Shown here piece after piece: positions 7,829 to 11,359 of a stretch of DNA of 11,359 nucleotides. The stretch lies in IMG/VR virus record IMGVR_UViG_2563366802_000007; one strand, 5' to 3'. Position 1 is the stretch's first letter. Every line of letters starts with the position of its first letter. The stretch is from a virus. Taxonomy: Duplodnaviria; Heunggongvirae; Uroviricota; Caudoviricetes. The notes under the pieces are model-generated. The model searched no databases and was not told the origin of the DNA. It worked only from the letters and a program-made list of their open reading frames with translations. Made by a program: the position numbers and the translations under genes.

Positions 7829-10549
7829 ATGACAGTAAAAATTTCTGGCGTGCTTAAAGATGGCACAGGAAAACCAGTACAGAACTGCACCATTGTGCTG
7901 AAGGCCAGACGAACCAGCAGCACGGTGGTGGTGAACACGGTGGCCTCTGAAAATCCGGATGAAGCCGGACGTTACAGCATGGATGTTGAGCATGGCCAGT
8001 ACAGCGTCACCCTGCTGGTTGAAGGTTTTCCGCCTTCACATGCCGGGACCATTACCGTCTATGAAGGTTCCAGACCAGGTACGCTGAATGATTTTCTCGG
8101 TGCCATGACGGAGGATGATGTCCGACCGGAGGCACTGCGCCGCTTTGAGCAGATGGTGGAAGAGGTGTCACGTAACGCCTCCGCGGTTGCACAGAATACG
8201 GCAGCCGCGAAAAAATCAGCCAGCGATGCCAGTGCATCAGCCAGCGAGGCGGCAACTCATGCAACCGATGCTGCAGCCTCAGCACGTGCCGCCAGCACGT
8301 CAGCCGGACAGGCCGCGTCGTCGGCTCAGTCAGCGTCTTCCAGCGCAGGAACGGCATCGACAAAGGCCCGTGAAGCAGCAAAAAGTGCTGCTGCTGCAGA
8401 GTCATCAAAAAGCGCGGCAGCTACCAGCGCCAGTGCCGCGAAAACGTCAGAAACGAATGCCGCAGCATCACAAAAATCGGCAGCCACTTCTGCATCCACA
8501 GCGACCATGAAGGCGTCAGAAGCTGCCACCTCGGCACGGGGTGCGGCGGCCTCAAAAGAGGCAGCGAAATCTTCAGAAACGAATGCATCATCAAGTGCCA
8601 GTAGTGCAGCTTCCTCGGCAACGGCGGCAGGAAATTCCGCGAAGGCGGCAAAAACGTCCGAGACGAACGCTAAGTCTTCTGAAACAGCAGCGGGACAGAG
8701 CGCCTCAGCTGCGGCAGGTTCAAAAACAGCGGCTGCATTATCTGCCAGTGCCGCGTCAACAAGTGCCGGGCAGGCCTCAGCCAGTGCCACCGCCGCCGGA
8801 AAATCGGCAGAAAGCGCCGCATCATCCGCTTCAACAGCCACAACGAAGGCTGGCAAAGCCACTGAGCAAGCCACTGCAGCAGCGAGGTCTGCTTCTGCAG
8901 CAAAAACCTCTGAAACAAATGCAAAGACTTCAGCAGACAATGCTGCTTCCTCTAAGGCGGCAGCCGCATCGTCAGCCAGTTCAGCGGCGTCATCGGCATC
9001 ATCTGCGTCTGCTTCAAAAGATGAGGCGACCAGACAAGCGTCAGCAGCGAAAGGTAGTGCCACGACAGCAACAACGAAAGCATCAGAGGCGGCAGGCAGT
9101 GCGACGGCTGCATCTCAGAGCAAAGTTGCTGCTGAATCCGCGGCAACGCGCGCCGAGACAGCAGCAAAACGGGCAGAGGATATTGCATCCGCCGTGGCGC
9201 TGGAGGATGCGAGCACGACGAAAAAGGGGATAGTACAGCTCAGCAGTGCAACAAACAGCACCAGTGAAAAGCTGGCGGCAACGCCAAAGGCAGTTAAAAC
9301 TGTTAAAGATAGTTCAGTTCAAAAAACTGGCGACACAATGGGAGGGCAGTTAAAAATCAGCACGATAAATGCTCTTCGAATATTCAACCAAGCCTTTGGC
9401 CTTATTTTTAGGCGTTCCGAAGATCATCTTCATCTTATTCCGACTAATGAAGGGGAGGGGGAAAATGGAGACATCGGTTCATTAAGACCATTCTCTATAA
9501 ACTTAAGATCAGGGTTGGTGTCCATCGGTAATGGACTAAAAGTTGGTGGTAGTGTTACTGGTAATTTGACCGGAAACGCAGATACTGCGACCAAGATCAA
9601 GACAGCACGTAAGATTGGGGGCGTGGCATTTGATGGATCGGCAGATATCAACTTGCCTGGAGTCAACGCTACCGGTAATCAAAACACTACAGGTAATGCT
9701 GCGACCGCCACGAAACTTCAGGCAGCCAGAACGATTAACGGTGTGTCATTTGATGGTAGTGCAAATATCACATTGACCCCTTCAAATATTGGGGCATTGG
9801 CATTAACTGGAGGGACTCTTTCAGGTGGTTTAACTGCTGCTGGTGAGGTTATTTCAAGGTCAGCAAATGGTCTGCGTATTGCCTATGGCAACTATGGATT
9901 CTTTATCCGAAATGATGGATCAAACACATATTTTATGTTGACAGATTCGGGTAACAGTCTTGGTACGCACAATAGCTTAAGGCCGTTTATAATTAGTAAC
10001 CATACTGGCAATGTTACAATTGCAACTAAATTAAACGCGAGTGGTGGTATCACTGGATCTTTATCGGGTAATGCAAGCACAGCAACCAAATTGCAAACTG
10101 CAAGGACAATTAACGGCGTAAAATTTGACGGCTCGGCAAATATTGAAGCGTTTCCGCCAGGTGTTCCGCTGCCGTGGCCATCAGATACACCACCTGCAGG
10201 TTATGCGATCATGCAGGGGCAGACGTTTGATAAGGCAGCATATCCGAAACTGGCTATTGCCTATCCTTCAGGTGTTATTCCAGATATGCGCGGCTGGACA
10301 ATCAAGGGCAAACCCGCCAGTGGCCGGGCCGTATTGTCTCAGGAACAGGACGGCATAAAATCGCACACCCACAGCGCCAGCGCATCCAGTACGGATTTGG
10401 GGACGAAAACCACATCGTCGTTTGATTACGGCACTAAATCCACGAATAACACCGGGGCGCATACGCACAGTCTGAGTGGCTCTACGGGGTCTGCCGGTGT
10501 TCATACTCATGGTAATGGTATTCGTTGGCCCGGAGACTTCTTCCTATAG
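7829..10549 (+). CDS. stf: Side tail fibre protein Stf, main reading frame (ends prematurely relative to the conserved C-terminal tip; see 10476-10775)
   Basis: 906-aa ORF with GGTGGA SD. N-terminus ([20 protein letters not shown]...) resembles lambda Stf as recalled. Long Ala/Ser-rich low-complexity region, then three tail-fibre repeats, then a C-terminal part resembling the lambda Stf tip (PWPSD...[34 protein letters not shown]...). Frame terminates at TAG 10547-10549 inside the His-rich tip region. Confidence 0.85.
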   Translation: MTVKISGVLKDGTGKPVQNCTIVLKARRTSSTVVVNTVASENPDEAGRYSMDVEHGQYSVTLLVEGFPPSHAGTITVYEGSRPGTLNDFLGAMTEDDVRPEALRRFEQMVEEVSRNASAVAQNTAAAKKSASDASASASEAATHATDAAASARAASTSAGQAASSAQSASSSAGTASTKAREAAKSAAAAESSKSAAATSASAAKTSETNAAASQKSAATSASTATMKASEAATSARGAAASKEAAKSSETNASSSASSAASSATAAGNSAKAAKTSETNAKSSETAAGQSASAAAGSKTAAALSASAASTSAGQASASATAAGKSAESAASSASTATTKAGKATEQATAAARSASAAKTSETNAKTSADNAASSKAAAASSASSAASSASSASASKDEATRQASAAKGSATTATTKASEAAGSATAASQSKVAAESAATRAETAAKRAEDIASAVALEDASTTKKGIVQLSSATNSTSEKLAATPKAVKTVKDSSVQKTGDTMGGQLKISTINALRIFNQAFGLIFRRSEDHLHLIPTNEGEGENGDIGSLRPFSINLRSGLVSIGNGLKVGGSVTGNLTGNADTATKIKTARKIGGVAFDGSADINLPGVNATGNQNTTGNAATATKLQAARTINGVSFDGSANITLTPSNIGALALTGGTLSGGLTAAGEVISRSANGLRIAYGNYGFFIRNDGSNTYFMLTDSGNSLGTHNSLRPFIISNHTGNVTIATKLNASGGITGSLSGNASTATKLQTARTINGVKFDGSANIEAFPPGVPLPWPSDTPPAGYAIMQGQTFDKAAYPKLAIAYPSGVIPDMRGWTIKGKPASGRAVLSQEQDGIKSHTHSASASSTDLGTKTTSSFDYGTKSTNNTGAHTHSLSGSTGSAGVHTHGNGIRWPGDFFL
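8180..9210 (+). repeat. Ala/Ser/Thr-rich low-complexity coding repeat within stf (recurring AAKTSETNA-type units)
   Basis: About 340 codons dominated by GCN/TCN/ACN codons. The motif A-K-(T/S)-SETNA recurs at least four times (nt ~8440, ~8566, ~8645, ~8897). It generates spurious long ORFs in other frames and on the opposite strand. Confidence 0.8.
9569..10150 (+). repeat. Three copies of a ~29-aa phage tail-fibre repeat within stf
   Basis: [29 protein letters not shown] (9569-9655), [29 protein letters not shown] (9689-9775) and [29 protein letters not shown] (10064-10150). The pattern resembles the Pfam 'phage tail fibre repeat' family found in T-even/P2/lambda-type fibres (assignment from memory). 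Confidence 0.7.
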
Positions 10550-10775
10550 ATCGTATTATCAACGTATTCAGACACAGTCAGCAGGTGCTCATACCCACTC
10601 GCTGTCTGGTACTGCAGCAAGTTCTGGCGCACATGCACATACTGTAGGTATTGGTGCGCATACGCACTCCGTTGCGATTGGTTCACATGGACACACCATC
10701 ACCGTTAACGCTGCGGGTAACGCGGAAAACACCGTCAAAAACATCGCATTTAACTATATTGTGAGGCTTGCATAA
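10476..10775 (+). CDS. stf: Stf C-terminal His-rich tip segment in the +1 frame (probable frameshifted continuation of stf, not an independent gene)
   Basis: Frame 0 is open from 10359 to TAA 10773-10775 and encodes ...[65 protein letters not shown], which matches the extreme C-terminus of lambda Stf as I recall it. No SD precedes the ATG at 10476. Stop overlaps the tfa start (TAATG). Confidence 0.6.
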   Translation: MALRGLPVFILMVMVFVGPETSSYRSYYQRIQTQSAGAHTHSLSGTAASSGAHAHTVGIGAHTHSVAIGSHGHTITVNAAGNAENTVKNIAFNYIVRLA

Positions 10776-11359
10776 TGGCATTCAGAATGAGTGAACAAGC
10801 ACGGACCATAAAAATTTATAATCTGCTGGCCGGAACTAATGAATTTATTGGTGAAGGTGACGCATATATTCCGCCTCATACAGGTCTGCCAGCAAACAGT
10901 ACCGATATTGCACCACCAGATATTCCTGCTGGCTTTGTGGCTGTTTTCAACAGTGATGAGGCATCGTGGCATCTCGTTGAAGACCATCGGGGGAAAACGG
11001 TTTATGACGTAGCGTCAGGGGACGAGTTATTTATTTCTGAACTCGGTCCGTTACCGGAAAATGTTACCTGGTTATCGCCGGAAGGGGAGTTTCAGAAGTG
11101 GAACGGCACAGCCTGGGTGAAGGATACGGAAGCAGAAAAACTGTTCCGGATCCGGGAGGCGGAAGAAACAAAAAACAACCTGATGCAGGTAGCCAGTGAG
11201 CATATTGCGCCGCTTCAGGATGCTGCAGATCTGGAAATTGCAACGGAGGAAGAAACCTCATTGCTGGAAGCCTGGAAAAAGTATCGGGTGTTGCTGAACC
11301 GTGTTGATACATCAACTGCACCTGATATTGAGTGGCCTACGAACCCTGTCAGGGAGTAA
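10775..11359 (+). CDS. tfa: Tail fibre assembly protein Tfa (chaperone for Stf)
   Basis: 194-aa ORF ending exactly at the window end (TAA 11357-11359). Sequence [34 protein letters not shown]... closely resembles lambda Tfa as recalled. Start is coupled to the stf C-terminal frame. Confidence 0.9.
   Translation: MAFRMSEQARTIKIYNLLAGTNEFIGEGDAYIPPHTGLPANSTDIAPPDIPAGFVAVFNSDEASWHLVEDHRGKTVYDVASGDELFISELGPLPENVTWLSPEGEFQKWNGTAWVKDTEAEKLFRIREAEETKNNLMQVASEHIAPLQDAADLEIATEEETSLLEAWKKYRVLLNRVDTSTAPDIEWPTNPVRE

Noticed and set aside
8326-9063. 245-aa minus-strand ORF and 230-aa plus alternate-frame ORF (8541-9233) inside stf
   Set aside because: Both lie wholly within the Ala/Ser-rich repeat. Their Ala/Asp-rich or Arg/Gln/Pro-rich low-complexity products are what alternate readings of GCN-rich repeats produce.
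1-11359. Possibility that this is phage lambda itself or a lambda-derived cloning vector
   Set aside because: Tfa and the Stf ends look very lambda-like, but M, I and J are clearly diverged from the lambda sequences I recall, J is ~100 aa longer, the I-J gap carries a ~340-bp insert and the stf interruption is at a different site. It is a related but distinct lambdoid element.
1-11359. CRISPR arrays, tRNA/rRNA genes, IS elements, integrase or attachment sites
   Set aside because: No regularly spaced direct repeats, no cloverleaf-compatible tRNA-like segments, no transposase or integrase ORFs and no terminal inverted repeats were seen. The window is wholly within a structural late operon.

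Overview
This window is the tail-tip and tail-fibre part of a lambdoid (phage lambda-like) prophage or phage late operon, with every gene on the + strand: 3' end of tape-measure H, then M, L, K, I, J, lom, stf and tfa. Gene order, sizes and overlap geometry match my recollection of phage lambda (including the ~100-nt K/I overlap); no database search was possible, so all homology statements are from memory. Gene junctions show coupling overlaps (ATGA for H/M, TGATG for L/M, TAATG for stf/tfa). The window is not lambda itself: the proteins are diverged, J is 1230 aa, and the I-J gap is ~340 bp and AT-rich. That gap is the most interesting feature: it holds a minus-strand promoter-like element, two strong hairpins and a minus-strand intrinsic terminator, consistent with a ~100-nt antisense small RNA 'moron'. 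Second, stf is interrupted: the main frame stops at 10549 while the conserved His-rich tip continues in the +1 frame to 10775. Third, stf is mosaic, with an AT-rich central module carrying three tail-fibre repeats between lambda-like ends. lom is a classic moron bracketed by intrinsic terminators.
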